Assembly: GCA_964291655.2 (NCBI GenBank)
Contig: OZ219802.1
Coordinates: 1,312,001-1,376,000, forward strand
DNA: 64,000 nucleotides
Reading direction: 5' to 3'
DNA from: Chloroflexota bacterium
Lineage (GTDB): Bacteria > Chloroflexota > UBA11872 > VXOZ01
The notes below the pieces were generated by a model that was not told the origin of the DNA, made no database searches, and saw nothing but the letters and a program-made list of their open reading frames with translations. This document shows positions 28,325 through 39,546 of this stretch, piece by piece. Position 1 is the first letter of the stretch. Each line of letters begins with the position of its first letter. The position numbers and the translations under genes were made by a program.

Positions 28325-29128
28325 CTACGGCCACGTGCCGGCGAGCGCCCGCTTCAACGTATCGCCGCGCATGCCACAGCGCAGCGCCTCCAGCGCCAGG
28401 ATGTCTTCCGGCGGAATGTTGCCCAGGTTGACGTTCGGGCCGAATTCGAGGATAAGCCACTGCTGCTGGTTCTTGATCGGCGCTTCCCAGATGAGGTCTT
28501 CCACATTGTTGATGCCGCCCAAGATTTCTTGCACCATATCGCTCTGCACGTCGCCGCTGGCATCGAAAATTCCGACGCCGTGACCGGACTCCCGCGCCTC
28601 CACGATCACTTTGTCGGCGCCTTGCGCGAGGTCGCTGGCAATCTGCTCGTGCATGGTGGTCGTGGCGATGGCGTCCTTGGGGTCCTTTTTGCCCACCTCG
28701 GTGAGGACCTTGAACCCGGCGTCCTTGGCACGCTTGATGATGTCTGTGCGGGTGGCCGCATCCATTTCGATGGTGCCGTCGGAGACCTCGATAGTATTAA
28801 AGCCAAGCTCCTTGGCGCGCAGCACATACTCTGGCAACTTGCCCTGCGCCACCGCTGCCTCCAAGAACGTCCCGCCGGGGTAAATGTCCACGCCGGCGTC
28901 CTGGACAAGCGCAATCTTTTCCCGCAGCACGCTCTCCTCATAGAAAGCGGAGGTGCCGAAGGTGAGCTTGAGCGAATCGATGACGTGGCGCGCCATCTGC
29001 ATCAAGTCTGCAGTGGCGTACATTCCCAGCCCCTTATCAAGCACCATCGTATATCCGGTAGCACGCGGTTTTTGGTTTACGCGCGTCCGCACCGGCGGAT
29101 CGACAATTCCTTCCCAGGCTTGTGGCAT
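28325..29128 (-). CDS. comA: Phosphosulfolactate synthase
   Basis: TMVLDKG, LKLTFGTS, YPGGT, IEVSDG, EVGKK, VEARESG, WEAP, GPNVNLGNI, LRCGMRGDT. Confidence 0.9.
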   Translation of the reverse strand: MPQAWEGIVDPPVRTRVNQKPRATGYTMVLDKGLGMYATADLMQMARHVIDSLKLTFGTSAFYEESVLREKIALVQDAGVDIYPGGTFLEAAVAQGKLPEYVLRAKELGFNTIEVSDGTIEMDAATRTDIIKRAKDAGFKVLTEVGKKDPKDAIATTTMHEQIASDLAQGADKVIVEARESGHGVGIFDASGDVQSDMVQEILGGINNVEDLIWEAPIKNQQQWLILEFGPNVNLGNIPPEDILALEALRCGMRGDTLKRALAGTWP

Positions 29129-29191
29129 ATGCTAATCTCTCCTCGTTATCAAAGTTATGCATCCATCTGCTTGAACAGTCCATGTTCCCCA

Positions 29192-29315
29192 GGGCGAGCA
29201 GTTCCCCCTCCCAGGGGAGGCGAGCAGTTCCCTCTCCCGGGAGAGGCGAGCCATTCCCTCTCCATGGGGGAAGCGAGCAGTTCCCTCTCCTGGGGGAGAG
29301 GGTTAGGGTGAGGGG
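29192..29315. repeat. Four ~27-bp tandem hairpin units (CCCTCTCCC/GGGAGAGG REP family)
   Basis: GCGAGCAGTTCCCTCTCC..GGGAGAG repeated head to tail, ending GGGTGAGGG; family also near 26545-26620, 27890-28110 and 54830-54975. Confidence 0.75.
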
Positions 29316-29501
29316 GCATCCCGAAGGCATCGCATTAGACACCTTCGCGAAACGCACCGCGCCTCGTGTCCCCCGTAGCGCAGGCCCCTCGACAGAACCT
29401 GTGCTAAGCACTTTGACAGGCTCAGCACTGGCCTGCCGGAGTTCTCAGAACTAGCTTGAAACCTGCGCCGCTTGCGAATCCTGCTCGTCTCTTCTCCTTA
29501 C

Positions 29502-30575
29502 CTACAGTCCTTCCATACAGTTATGCGTGCCTGCCAGGGTGTCCTTGGCACGAATGATCAAAGCGGTGTGGTCGTGGACCAGGCGGTTCATGCCGTCGAG
29601 ACGTTTAGCCGCAATGTCCGGCGCGTCAGTGCTGGCAATTGGAATGCGGTCATACAGCAAGCCCGTACCGCCGATCTTCTCGGAAGCGTTATCGAACAGG
29701 AGCTTGACCATCTTGGGGCCGGGAGCCACGTCTGAGACGACCGCGGTCTCTCGCCCGGATTCGATCTTGGGGAAAAGCAGCGAGAGTCGCGGATTCACAA
29801 TTTCGTCGAACTCCGGCGCAACCGGCGCCAGGTCCACCGCCAGCTTGTGCGACCACACGTTCTTGACATCAGGCAAGTCCAGATCAAGCCGCTCTACCGC
29901 TTCCGGAAAATCATGGACAAAGTTGCCTTGGCGAATGTTGTCCACCAGCGAACCCTTGTGGAAGACCACGTCGCTGCCGCGGAATTCCAAGTGTGTCATC
30001 TCCGTACTGAATACCTGATAGCCGCGCCGCAGCCCTTCCAACAGAAAGACCGTTTTGCCTGCACCGGCCCCGCCGACCACGAGCATCAGCTCGTTTTGCT
30101 CAGGCAGGTACAGGGCGGAGGCATGGAAGCTAAAGATGTTGAACCGGCGTTCCAGCACCACCAGCGCAAAGCGAAAGAACAGTCCCAGGTTGCCGAAGAG
30201 CGAGCAGCGCCGGTCTGAGCACGCGGCCTCCAGTGCGCTGAAGTCAGCCACGGCGATGACCTCGTCCGTACCAACATGCACATACGGTGACGCCTGGGGC
30301 ACGTCCAGGATGAACATGCGGGCATCCAGCGGCTCGGCGTAGGGAATCTCCGGCACCTCGTGCACGTTCGTCACGAGCGACTGGATCACCGTGCGGCTCT
30401 CAAAGAACTCCGGGTTGCTGATAAGCTGCCGGTTGTTGGAGACCAACCCAAACCGCGCCTGCAGGACCCGCACCGCACGCCGGGCCAGGCCTTCGAGCTC
30501 AGGCTTTTTTGCCAAGGATGAACTGAAAGAGTTAGCTTGCTCGACGTTCATTGAGGTGGAATCCCCTATCCACAC
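29502..30575 (-). CDS. Hypothetical P-loop protein, HPr-kinase-like
   Basis: FHASA followed by GGAGAGKT and YQVFSTE; start uncertain. Confidence 0.6.
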   Translation of the reverse strand: MWIGDSTSMNVEQANSFSSSLAKKPELEGLARRAVRVLQARFGLVSNNRQLISNPEFFESRTVIQSLVTNVHEVPEIPYAEPLDARMFILDVPQASPYVHVGTDEVIAVADFSALEAACSDRRCSLFGNLGLFFRFALVVLERRFNIFSFHASALYLPEQNELMLVVGGAGAGKTVFLLEGLRRGYQVFSTEMTHLEFRGSDVVFHKGSLVDNIRQGNFVHDFPEAVERLDLDLPDVKNVWSHKLAVDLAPVAPEFDEIVNPRLSLLFPKIESGRETAVVSDVAPGPKMVKLLFDNASEKIGGTGLLYDRIPIASTDAPDIAAKRLDGMNRLVHDHTALIIRAKDTLAGTHNCMEGL

Positions 30576-30935
30576 GCGGCCGGCCTCAGTGGTCAGCCGA
30601 GCATAGGCAACCGCGCCGCCTCCCGGGTAGCGTAGGTTTGTAACCTACGCTTAGCCGTCGCGGCAGCCGCCCACAGTGCTGCCACTCTAGCACGGCAATG
30701 GGACTCGTACAAGGTGAACGAAGGCTGCCACCGTCCCAAGAAATGGTCCCAATCTCGCGCTAGCAAGTGAGAATTCACGTCGAGGCAGATTAGTGGATGC
30801 CCCTTGGCAGTACATAGACACGCATCACCAATTCTACTTCGTGACCATTCGCAACTTTAGAAACTCGTGCGGTACACTGGTAAGGCAATCTATGCACGGT
30901 CAATTCACTGTCATCAACCCTTCAGGACGGTATCC

Positions 30936-31715
30936 ATGCGTCTTGCGGTCCTCGCCGACATTCACGGCAACATTCACGCCCTTGAAGCAGTGCTCGCGGA
31001 CCTAAAGCAGCAGGGGCCGGACATGGTCGCGGTGTTGGGCGATAGCGTGGTGAAATTTGCGCACAACCGCGCTGTACTGGAGGCGTTGGACGGTATTCCC
31101 CACGTGGGCATTGCCGGGAACATGGAGCGGGGCTTGCAGATGCTGCTTGGCGACGAGTGCGCCGAATTGACGCAGTATGACACCGGCAAAGGGGTGCAGT
31201 ATCTCAAACGGCAGGCGCTCGCGGAGCTCGGGATGGAGCGCGTGGCGCAGTTCCGCGACCTTCCGACCGAACGATCTCTGACTCTGCTGGAGAACCAGGA
31301 TACATTGCTTTGTCACGGCTCGCCTGGATACCTCACTGAGTCTATCTATCCCGCGCCGGATGCCGCGCCGCCGGGTCCGGATCAGCCAACCACGACGGGT
31401 GGCGAACTTCACGACAAACTACAGGATGTCACCGCTCGCCTCGTGCTCTGTGCCCATAGCCACCGGCGCGTGGAACGCCGCTATAATGGAATACTGGTGG
31501 TCAATCCCGGCGGGGTCGCCCATACCTACGAACGGAAGCATGATGCGCGCGCCTGCTACGCGGTCTTGACGCACACCGGCGGCGACTGGGACGTGGACTT
31601 CCGCTTGGTACCCTACGACGGCGATCGCGCGGTGCGGGAGATGCTGGCAGCCGTGCCGCCGGCTGCCGACAGCGCCCGCCGCTACTTGGAACGCATTGCG
31701 GAGTACGTCGTCTGA
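30936..31715 (+). CDS. Metallophosphoesterase family protein
   Basis: ADIHGN, LGDSV, AGNME, CHGSP, CAHSH, NPG. Confidence 0.85.
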   Translation: MRLAVLADIHGNIHALEAVLADLKQQGPDMVAVLGDSVVKFAHNRAVLEALDGIPHVGIAGNMERGLQMLLGDECAELTQYDTGKGVQYLKRQALAELGMERVAQFRDLPTERSLTLLENQDTLLCHGSPGYLTESIYPAPDAAPPGPDQPTTTGGELHDKLQDVTARLVLCAHSHRRVERRYNGILVVNPGGVAHTYERKHDARACYAVLTHTGGDWDVDFRLVPYDGDRAVREMLAAVPPAADSARRYLERIAEYVV

Positions 31716-32094
31716 GTGCCTAAGAGATATGAGAACTCATTTGCCAGTTTCGCGGCTAGTTCCTGTAGGATCCTCGTAGCGCGGGGGCTTGTCCCCCGCC
31801 CTTGGGTGAGACCGGCGTGATGCAGGCCATGGAACCTGTTCTAGCCCATAGCACCCAAACCAGAATAGATTGATTCCGCGCCCCCCGCGCGGGGGCGAGC
31901 GTGCGCGGGAATGACGGATCGCGGCTGTCCATGATTCGTTTGGAGTGCTGCGAGACCCATGGGGTCAAGTGCGGCACGTAGCGCGGGGGCTTGTCCCCCG
32001 CTCTTGGACGGAAACGTCGTCGCGCTAGTCCAGATTCCAGTGGTCATTAGAAACTCACAGAGCACAGAAGATGGATTCCCGCCTGCGCGGGAAT

Positions 32095-32349
32095 TGTAAA
32101 TGTCAGGTAATTCGTTGACAGATTTGGCAGAAGAAACATGGGAGCAGAACTCTGTGCTTGCCTACATACATGTCATTCCAAACGGAGCGTAGCGGAGTGA
32201 GGAATCTAGAGTGCTGAGGCCGTGAAAGTGTGTTGAGCAGGGATCCTAGATTCCGCGAACCCTGTTCGACGCTACGCTCGGAATGACAAGGCCTTGTAGC
32301 GCTTTCTACGGGAAAGCAAATTCTGTCAACGAATTACTCAACACTTACA
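32095..32349 (+). mobile_element. Non-autonomous MITE-like element, copy 1 (255 bp)
   Basis: IRs TGTAAATGTCAGGTAATTCGTTGACAGA / TCTGTCAACGAATTACTCAACACTTACA; GGAAT duplicated at 32090..32094 and 32350..32354. Confidence 0.88.
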
Positions 32350-32443
32350 GGAATGACGGACCACGAGGGGGCTTATCCCCTTCCGGAAAGTACAATCTAG
32401 TCGCCAATTCAGCCTAAACTCCAATTCAACCAAGGTATCGAAC

Positions 32444-33775
32444 ATGCCGGTCACCCGCATCGTCACCGATCTTGCAGAAGCACAAGAGACCGTGCTCAAG
32501 CGCACGCCGCTGGGCAGCGAAGAGGTACCCGCGCCGGTGGCGGCGCGCATTCGCAAGGTATTCGGCGCCGACCTTTCACCCGGTGAAGTGGTCGACCGCA
32601 TTCTGGCGGACGTCCAGGCCGAAGGCGACACTGCCCTGGCACGTTACCTGCAGCACTTCGATGGCGTCGTGCCGGAGCCGTTGGAAGTAACGCCGGAGGA
32701 GATTGCCGCGGCGCGCGAGCACGTGGACGACGCGCTCTGGGAAGTACTGGAGCTCGCTGCAGCTCGGATTGCTGCGTACCATGAACGCCAGCGGCGCAAT
32801 TCCTGGATGGACTTTGCTACAGGCCTCGGCGAGATGGTGCGGCCGCTGCAACGGGTAGGCCTCTATTCGCCGGGCACGGAACGCGTCTATCCGTCGTCGG
32901 TGCTGATGTCGGCGGTACCGGCGCGTGTGGCGGGCGTGGAAGAGATCATCCTCGCCACCCCGTGCCGTCCCGATGGCAGCGTGCATCCGCTCAAGGTCGC
33001 CGCCGCCGCGGTAGCAGGCGTACACAGAATCTTCAAGATCAGCGGCGCGCAGGCCGTTGCGGCCCTGGCATTCGGCACCGCACAGGTGCCCAAGGTGGAC
33101 AAAATCCTCGGCCCCGGCAATATCTTTGTAATTCTGGCGAAGCAAAGAGTGTACGGCCAAGTAGGCATCGACCAACTCCCCGGGCCGACCGAAACAGTCA
33201 TCGTGGCCGATGCCGCGGCTGATCCGGCAGAGGCGGCGGCTGATCTGCTCGCTCAAGCGGAGCATGATTTTCTGGCAACACCGCTGCTCATCACGGATTC
33301 CGCCGCTCTCGCCGCGCGCGTTGAACAAGAGCTGGCTGCGCAACTGGCGAACCTGCCGCGCCAGGCAGAAGCCGCCTATTCGCTGCTGCACAACGGCGGC
33401 ATCGTGGTAGTGGACGATCTGGAGACGGCCGTTGACGCCGCCAGCGCCTTCGCGCCGGAGCATCTGTGCCTGCTCACTCAGGAGCCGTGGCAATGGGTCG
33501 GGAAGATCCGCAATGCCGGCGGCATATTCGTCGGCAGCGCCTCGCCGGAGGTGTTGGGCGATTACATTGCCGGTCCGAGCCACATCATGCCGGTAGGCGG
33601 CACGGCTCGCTTCTCTTCCCCGCTAACCGTCCAGGAATTCTATAAGAGCACCAGCATCGTCGCGCTCGATCCAGAGACCGCTGCTGCCATTGCCGAGCCC
33701 GCCGCCGCGTTGGCCGAGGCGGAAGGCTTCTTCGCACATGCCCAAGCCGCGCGCAGACGGGCGCAACAAACTTAA
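32444..33775 (+). CDS. hisD: Histidinol dehydrogenase
   Basis: YPSSVLM, VDKILGPGN, PGPTE, QAEHD, APEHL, GDYIAGPSH. Confidence 0.95.
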   Translation: MPVTRIVTDLAEAQETVLKRTPLGSEEVPAPVAARIRKVFGADLSPGEVVDRILADVQAEGDTALARYLQHFDGVVPEPLEVTPEEIAAAREHVDDALWEVLELAAARIAAYHERQRRNSWMDFATGLGEMVRPLQRVGLYSPGTERVYPSSVLMSAVPARVAGVEEIILATPCRPDGSVHPLKVAAAAVAGVHRIFKISGAQAVAALAFGTAQVPKVDKILGPGNIFVILAKQRVYGQVGIDQLPGPTETVIVADAAADPAEAAADLLAQAEHDFLATPLLITDSAALAARVEQELAAQLANLPRQAEAAYSLLHNGGIVVVDDLETAVDAASAFAPEHLCLLTQEPWQWVGKIRNAGGIFVGSASPEVLGDYIAGPSHIMPVGGTARFSSPLTVQEFYKSTSIVALDPETAAAIAEPAAALAEAEGFFAHAQAARRRAQQT

Positions 33776-33990
33776 GCGCAGTTTGCGTTTTCCCGTCACG
33801 CTTTTGCGTGGATTCCCTGTCTTCCACACTGGCAGGGGGAAGTCCGTTGTATTAGACTCTCGTTCCCGTGCCCTGGGTTTGGCAATCAGGGCCAATGCAA
33901 GGAGCGTGTGGCAACTTGTGACTACACCTATGAAGTACGTATCATAGGAACAAGCAAAAGATCCGCCAGGCAAGAGAAACGAGGCATACC

Positions 33991-34458
33991 ATGCGCGTGA
34001 TCACCCTCAAGCCGCAGCCACTCACCCCGGAAGGCTTTGCGCCCTTCGGAAATATTCTCACTCTGGATCGCTCCGAGATTGTTTGCACAGATGGTGTGCT
34101 CACGGCGCGCATCACCCATGCGCCATTGCGCGACCTCAGTGCAGAGCAACCGCATTTCCTGAACCGCCACATGGAAGAGACCCAGGTCTTCGTGCCATTG
34201 GGCGGTAAGGACGGCCTCTTCTTCGTAGGGCCGCCGAGTGAGACGCCGGAATCCTTCGATCCCGATAGGGTGGCGCTCTTTCACTTTCCCGGTAGCTGCG
34301 CGATCCGCATGCACGTGGGCACGTGGCACGTGGCCCCCTTTGCAGTGTCAGATCCCATCGACTACATCAATATTCAAGGCGACAAGGTACGTCACTACAC
34401 TGACGGATACGACTTCAAGGAGCGCGACAACCTGGTATTTCAGTTCGACTTGAGTTAA
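33991..34458 (+). CDS. Ureidoglycolate lyase-like cupin protein
   Basis: PLTPEGFAPFG, RH...TQVFVPL, GTWH. Confidence 0.7.
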   Translation: MRVITLKPQPLTPEGFAPFGNILTLDRSEIVCTDGVLTARITHAPLRDLSAEQPHFLNRHMEETQVFVPLGGKDGLFFVGPPSETPESFDPDRVALFHFPGSCAIRMHVGTWHVAPFAVSDPIDYINIQGDKVRHYTDGYDFKERDNLVFQFDLS

Positions 34459-34862
34459 AGGGGGACGCAGGCGGACGCCAGCGGGAACAGTCATCTGTCA
34501 TTCCCGGGCAAGCGGGAATCCATCTTTATCGTGTAGTAGGCCGGAGCAGTGCTGAGATGCGAGCCTCGGTTACGCTACTGAGGAATTGAGATGCCGGTTT
34601 CGGCAGTCCCGCGCCATCGCACGGACACTGTCGTCAGTTGGAAGTTCGCAGAGCCATGCAATTGTCGCCCCGAACAGAGTGCGGGGTCTAAGACGCCGCC
34701 GGTAGGACAGCGGTGGCGGTAAGGGAGAACTCTAGATTCCTCGCTCCGCTCGGCATGACTCGTGAAAAGTGTCGCAGGGTTCGACATGCTGCCGCAACGC
34801 TCCCACACCTAGCTGACTGCTGGGTACTCGTACTGAGAAGAATCGCCGTAGAAAGTGCCCCA

Positions 34863-35456
34863 ATGACACGCGCGGGACAGCACACACGACAGACGCAAGA
34901 GACCAACGTGGCCGTTTCGATTTCGTTGGACGGCGCCGGCACTGCGAGTATTGCTACCGGAATCGGTATGCTCGACCACATGCTCAACCAGCTTAGCACC
35001 CACGGACTCTTCGATTTAGAAGTGCACGCCAGCGGGGACTTGGAGGTAGATTCGCATCATACCGTCGAGGACGTGGCAATTTGCCTGGGTCGCGCGCTCG
35101 ACGCGGCCTTGGGCGACAAGACCGGCATCACCCGCATGGGCTGGGCCTGCGTGCCCATGGATGAGGCTTTGGCCCTGGTGTCCGTGGACCTGAGCGGGCG
35201 CGGAGCGGCGTCCGTGGATGTGCCTTTCACTGGCTATAAGCTCGGCACTTTGCAGAGCGAGATGATCGGCCACTTTCTCGATACCTTCGCGGTGCAGGGT
35301 CAGTTCACGCTGCACGCGCGCCTGCTGGCCGGCGCAATCGATCATCACAAGGCCGAGGCAGTCTTCAAAGCCCTCGCCCGCGCGCTGTCACAGGCCGTCC
35401 AACCAGACCCCCGCCGCCAACACTCCGTGCCCAGCAGCAAGGGATCATTGGAATAG
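34863..35456 (+). CDS. hisB: Imidazoleglycerol-phosphate dehydratase
   Basis: TGIGMLDHML, DSHHTVED, PMDEAL, DHHKAEAVFK, PSSKG. Confidence 0.95.
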   Translation: MTRAGQHTRQTQETNVAVSISLDGAGTASIATGIGMLDHMLNQLSTHGLFDLEVHASGDLEVDSHHTVEDVAICLGRALDAALGDKTGITRMGWACVPMDEALALVSVDLSGRGAASVDVPFTGYKLGTLQSEMIGHFLDTFAVQGQFTLHARLLAGAIDHHKAEAVFKALARALSQAVQPDPRRQHSVPSSKGSLE

Positions 35457-35461
35457 ATGCG

Positions 35462-36682
35462 GTGGATACGCGCTTTCCCGAGCCGCTACCAAATACGCTC
35501 TTGCCACGTGAGTCAGTGGCGAAGCGCTGGGCGCGGCGCGGGCTGCTGCGAACGCTGGCATTCTTTCGCCCATATCGCTTTCCTGCTACTCACGCCGACC
35601 GCATCCTGGTAATTCGCCCCGACCATATTGGCGACGTACTGCTGATCACGCCGGCGTTGCGGCTGCTGCGCCAGGCGTTTCCTGAGACTGAGATTACAGC
35701 GCTGGTGGGTCCGTGGTCGGAAGCGGTGCTGGCACGAAACCCGCAGATCGACCGGCTTGAGGTCTGCCGCTATCCCGGCTTTGAGCGCAGCCAACCGCAG
35801 CAGGGCCTGCACGCCTACACGCAACTCCGGCGTGAAGCCGCGCGCCTGCGTGGAGAGGAATACCAGCTTGCCCTCAACCTGCGAGCGGACTTCTGGTGGG
35901 GCGCGGCGCTGGCCGCGTTTGCCGGTATTCCCTACGTGTGGGGATTCAGCGAGCCGGAGTGCGCGCCGTTTCTCACTCACGCGTTGCCGGTACAGCGTGA
36001 CGAGCATCAGGCAGAATCCAACCTGCGCTTGGTACGCGCCGCTGCGACCGTTGGCATTCCGGTAGAAGATGCCGGCACACACCTGCAGTTCGACGGCACG
36101 CACGACGACGCACAGACGGCTGAGGAGCTTCTGCGCACGGCTAACGTGACTTCAGACGCCACACTTGTCGCCATTCATCCGGGTTCCGGCGCGCCAGTAA
36201 AGCATTGGTCCGCCGCCGGCTGGCACGCTGTAGGCAACGAATTAGCGGAAGACGACCGCGTACACTTTCTCGTCTCTTCCGGTCCCGCTGAGCGAGACCT
36301 TGCCCGGGAAGTCGCCGCCGGTCTGCCGCAAGGTCGCACCGTGTTGGTCCAAGAGACCTCACTCGGCGTTTTGGCGGCGCTCTATGCCCGCTGCTCATTG
36401 GTGATGGGGCCCGATTCCGGCCCCTTGCACCTCGCGGTTGCGGTGGGCGCGCCCAGTGTGACCCTCTACGGTGCGAGCGATCCCGTGCGGTTCGGACCGT
36501 GGGGGCCTGCTGAACGGCACCACACGGTAGCTTCCACCATCCCTTGTCGACACTGCGGATACCTAGCGTTGCCCGCTGCAGCCCTATCGCAGCACCCGTG
36601 CATGCAATTCATTGAACCGGCAGCGGTAACGTCAGTGGCGCGAGAGCTGCTGGAGCAAACCGTAACGAGCACTCACCCATGA
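35462..36682 (+). CDS. Glycosyltransferase family 9 (heptosyltransferase-like)
   Basis: IRPDHIGD, IHPGSG..K.W, DSGPLHLA. Confidence 0.85.
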   Translation: MDTRFPEPLPNTLLPRESVAKRWARRGLLRTLAFFRPYRFPATHADRILVIRPDHIGDVLLITPALRLLRQAFPETEITALVGPWSEAVLARNPQIDRLEVCRYPGFERSQPQQGLHAYTQLRREAARLRGEEYQLALNLRADFWWGAALAAFAGIPYVWGFSEPECAPFLTHALPVQRDEHQAESNLRLVRAAATVGIPVEDAGTHLQFDGTHDDAQTAEELLRTANVTSDATLVAIHPGSGAPVKHWSAAGWHAVGNELAEDDRVHFLVSSGPAERDLAREVAAGLPQGRTVLVQETSLGVLAALYARCSLVMGPDSGPLHLAVAVGAPSVTLYGASDPVRFGPWGPAERHHTVASTIPCRHCGYLALPAAALSQHPCMQFIEPAAVTSVARELLEQTVTSTHP

Positions 36683-37860
36683 GTTCTTCACTTAAACACC
36701 TTGCACGCCGCGCCGCTGGGGTGGTGTTATGGCTCTATTGCGCTGTTCTGGCTATGATCGCCCGGCTCCGCCACGGGCAGGATCCGTATCGACCGGATAG
36801 CGTTGAGCGCATTCTCATCATCCGGCTCGATCTCATCGGCGACCTCCTATTCTCGGTACCTGCTATTCGCAACACTCGTCAGCGGTTTCCGCACGCGAGA
36901 CTTGACGTGCTCGTGGCCCCCAATACGGCTCCGCTCCTCGCCGAGTGCCCCTACGTCAACCATGTCTACACTCTGGACGCCCACACGCTAACCCACCTTC
37001 CCGGCATTCTCTCTCTCAGCCAGTGGCGACAGGCATGGCGGCTCATCCGCACCTTGCGCGCTCAGCGGTATGAACTCTGCTTAAGCCTCTACGGCGTGCC
37101 TGCGGCGACCGTTTGTCTCTTGACCGGCGCGCCGCAGCGAGCGGGCTTCGCCGACGAAGCGCCGCCGGGCAGCTTTACTCTTCGTGCAACGGGTAGTCGC
37201 CTGCCGCAAGACCGTCACGAGGTGCATTGTTCCCTGGTGGTGGCGCAAGCGGCCGGCGCCGCAACCACACCCGACCGCATGGAAGCCTGGGTGAGCGCGG
37301 CCGACCGCGCCTGGGCTGAAGAGAACTTAGCTACCGACGGAGACGCGCTCTGGGTTGCCTGCGGACACGGCGCGCGGAACGGCTATGCTAAGATCTGGCC
37401 GCGGCGCCACTGGATCGGCCTCATAGATCAACTGCAGCAAGCGGGGTATCGTGCCGTCCTCGTGGGTGGGCCTGAGGAAGCCGAGGAGGCGGCGGCAATT
37501 GCGCTTGACTGTGAAAGCGCGCCCCTGGTGCTGACCGGCAAGACGACGCTGGGTCAACTGGCTGCAGTGCTCGCGCAGAGCACGCTTATGGTAGGCAGCG
37601 ACAGCGGACCCCTGCACCTGGCTGTGGCGCTGGGCACTCGCGTCGTCGGCCTGTACGGTGCCACGAGTCCGGTGCGCTACGGACCTTTCGGTCAGCCCGA
37701 CGCCGTGCGGCAACACCCGATATTTTGCAGTCCCTGCTACCGGCCTGAAACCGGCCAACCTGCTACCTGCCGCTACGGCACGGTGGAGTGCATGGAAGAA
37801 CTGGAACCGGAGCAGGTGCTGGCAGGCGTGCCCGCTGCAAAGGGTGATGCAGGTCAGTAG
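36679..37860 (+). CDS. Glycosyltransferase family 9 (heptosyltransferase-like)
   Basis: IRLDLIGD, KIWP, DSGPLHLA, CSPC; ATGA overlap with the previous gene. Confidence 0.85.
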   Translation: MSSSLKHLARRAAGVVLWLYCAVLAMIARLRHGQDPYRPDSVERILIIRLDLIGDLLFSVPAIRNTRQRFPHARLDVLVAPNTAPLLAECPYVNHVYTLDAHTLTHLPGILSLSQWRQAWRLIRTLRAQRYELCLSLYGVPAATVCLLTGAPQRAGFADEAPPGSFTLRATGSRLPQDRHEVHCSLVVAQAAGAATTPDRMEAWVSAADRAWAEENLATDGDALWVACGHGARNGYAKIWPRRHWIGLIDQLQQAGYRAVLVGGPEEAEEAAAIALDCESAPLVLTGKTTLGQLAAVLAQSTLMVGSDSGPLHLAVALGTRVVGLYGATSPVRYGPFGQPDAVRQHPIFCSPCYRPETGQPATCRYGTVECMEELEPEQVLAGVPAAKGDAGQ

Positions 37861-37988
37861 AATAGGATCAGGGCGCGGTGGTGAAGTACTGGCGCCGACA
37901 CTCAATCCGCAGGACATACCTGCAAAAGTACGACAGCCAAACCGATGGAGTGCGGGTCGTTGTCTAAGTATTACAAGACAGCCATGCC

Positions 37989-38350
<362 letters not shown>

Positions 38351-38440
38351 CCTCTTGGGCAGGAAGCAGGCGGGATTGCGGTAACTACAGACGAAAAACT
38401 GGGCAAAGGAAAGACTTGAACCAAAGGAGAAAAGAAAACT

Positions 38441-39466
38441 ATGCGCGCAGCAGTCATGGGCATGCGGCACGGACACATCAGCGAGTTTGTACGGGCCGTT
38501 GAGGAAAACGAGGCGGTAAGCCTTGTCGGTATCGCGGAAGACGAGCCGACGGTTCGTGCCAGAATAGAGTCCGAGCATAGCGTGCCGGTGTACGCGGACT
38601 TTGATGAATTGCTCGACAAAGAGCAGCCGCAAGTTGTCGGTGTCGCCAGGACGAACGCCACGAAATTTCTGGCGCTCACCGCCTGCCTGGAACGCGGCAT
38701 CAACGTGATTGCCGATAAGCCGCTGCTCACGGAGATGGGACAACTTGAGCAGGTGCAGGCTGCATATGCTCTCGGCAAGGCGCGCCTAGGCATGATGCTA
38801 AGCCAGCGCTTCTCCGCGCCCCACCGGGCCCTTAAGGCGCAGGTGGAAGCCGGAGACTTTGGCGAGATCGTGCACATGTACGGCTTCGGCCCCCACAAAC
38901 TACGTCCCCATACGCGCAATCCGTGGGAACTCGACGCGGCGCAGAACGGCGGGGTGCTCGTCGACCTCGGCGTGCACTATTTCGACTCGCTGCGGTGGTT
39001 CTCCGGCCAGGAGCCGGTGCGCGTGGCTGCGGCGCAAGGCAATACGCGCTTTCCGGAGCTGCCCCAACTCTACGACCACGCCCACGCGCTCATGGAATTC
39101 GACGGCGGCATGAAAGGCATCGTGGTCGCCGACTGGCTCACGCCCGACGCTGCGCCTTATCACGGCGACTACCGTCTCTACGTCACCGGCACGCGCGGCA
39201 CGGCAGAGATCGCGACCTCCGGCACACTGGAGCCCTCCGGCCCCAACAAACAGGGCGGCGTGCGTGTGGTGCTGAACGATAAGGAACCCTTCGACCTGGA
39301 CGTCCCACCGCTGCAACACACGCCTACCAGCGACTTTCTGGAGGCGCTTGTAAACGACCGCGAACCCTACGGCAGCGCGGAAGAGGTGCTCCGCACGATG
39401 GAGGTGACGCTGCACGCGAAAGCCGCAGCGGAGAGCGGCGATTGGGTAAATATACCAGCCAAGTAA
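38441..39466 (+). CDS. Gfo/Idh/MocA oxidoreductase
   Basis: VIADKPL, GGVLVDLGVHYFD; AAGGAG RBS. Confidence 0.85.
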   Translation: MRAAVMGMRHGHISEFVRAVEENEAVSLVGIAEDEPTVRARIESEHSVPVYADFDELLDKEQPQVVGVARTNATKFLALTACLERGINVIADKPLLTEMGQLEQVQAAYALGKARLGMMLSQRFSAPHRALKAQVEAGDFGEIVHMYGFGPHKLRPHTRNPWELDAAQNGGVLVDLGVHYFDSLRWFSGQEPVRVAAAQGNTRFPELPQLYDHAHALMEFDGGMKGIVVADWLTPDAAPYHGDYRLYVTGTRGTAEIATSGTLEPSGPNKQGGVRVVLNDKEPFDLDVPPLQHTPTSDFLEALVNDREPYGSAEEVLRTMEVTLHAKAAAESGDWVNIPAK

Positions 39467-39546
39467 AATCTGAGCTGCAAAAGACCACGCATTTCTTGCT
39501 TAGTCATCAAGCGCTGCCGGGACATGCAGACCTCGATTGTCATTCC

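Noticed and set aside
29192-29315. CRISPR-like array
   Set aside because: Units are head-to-tail degenerate hairpins without unique spacers, and there are no cas genes.
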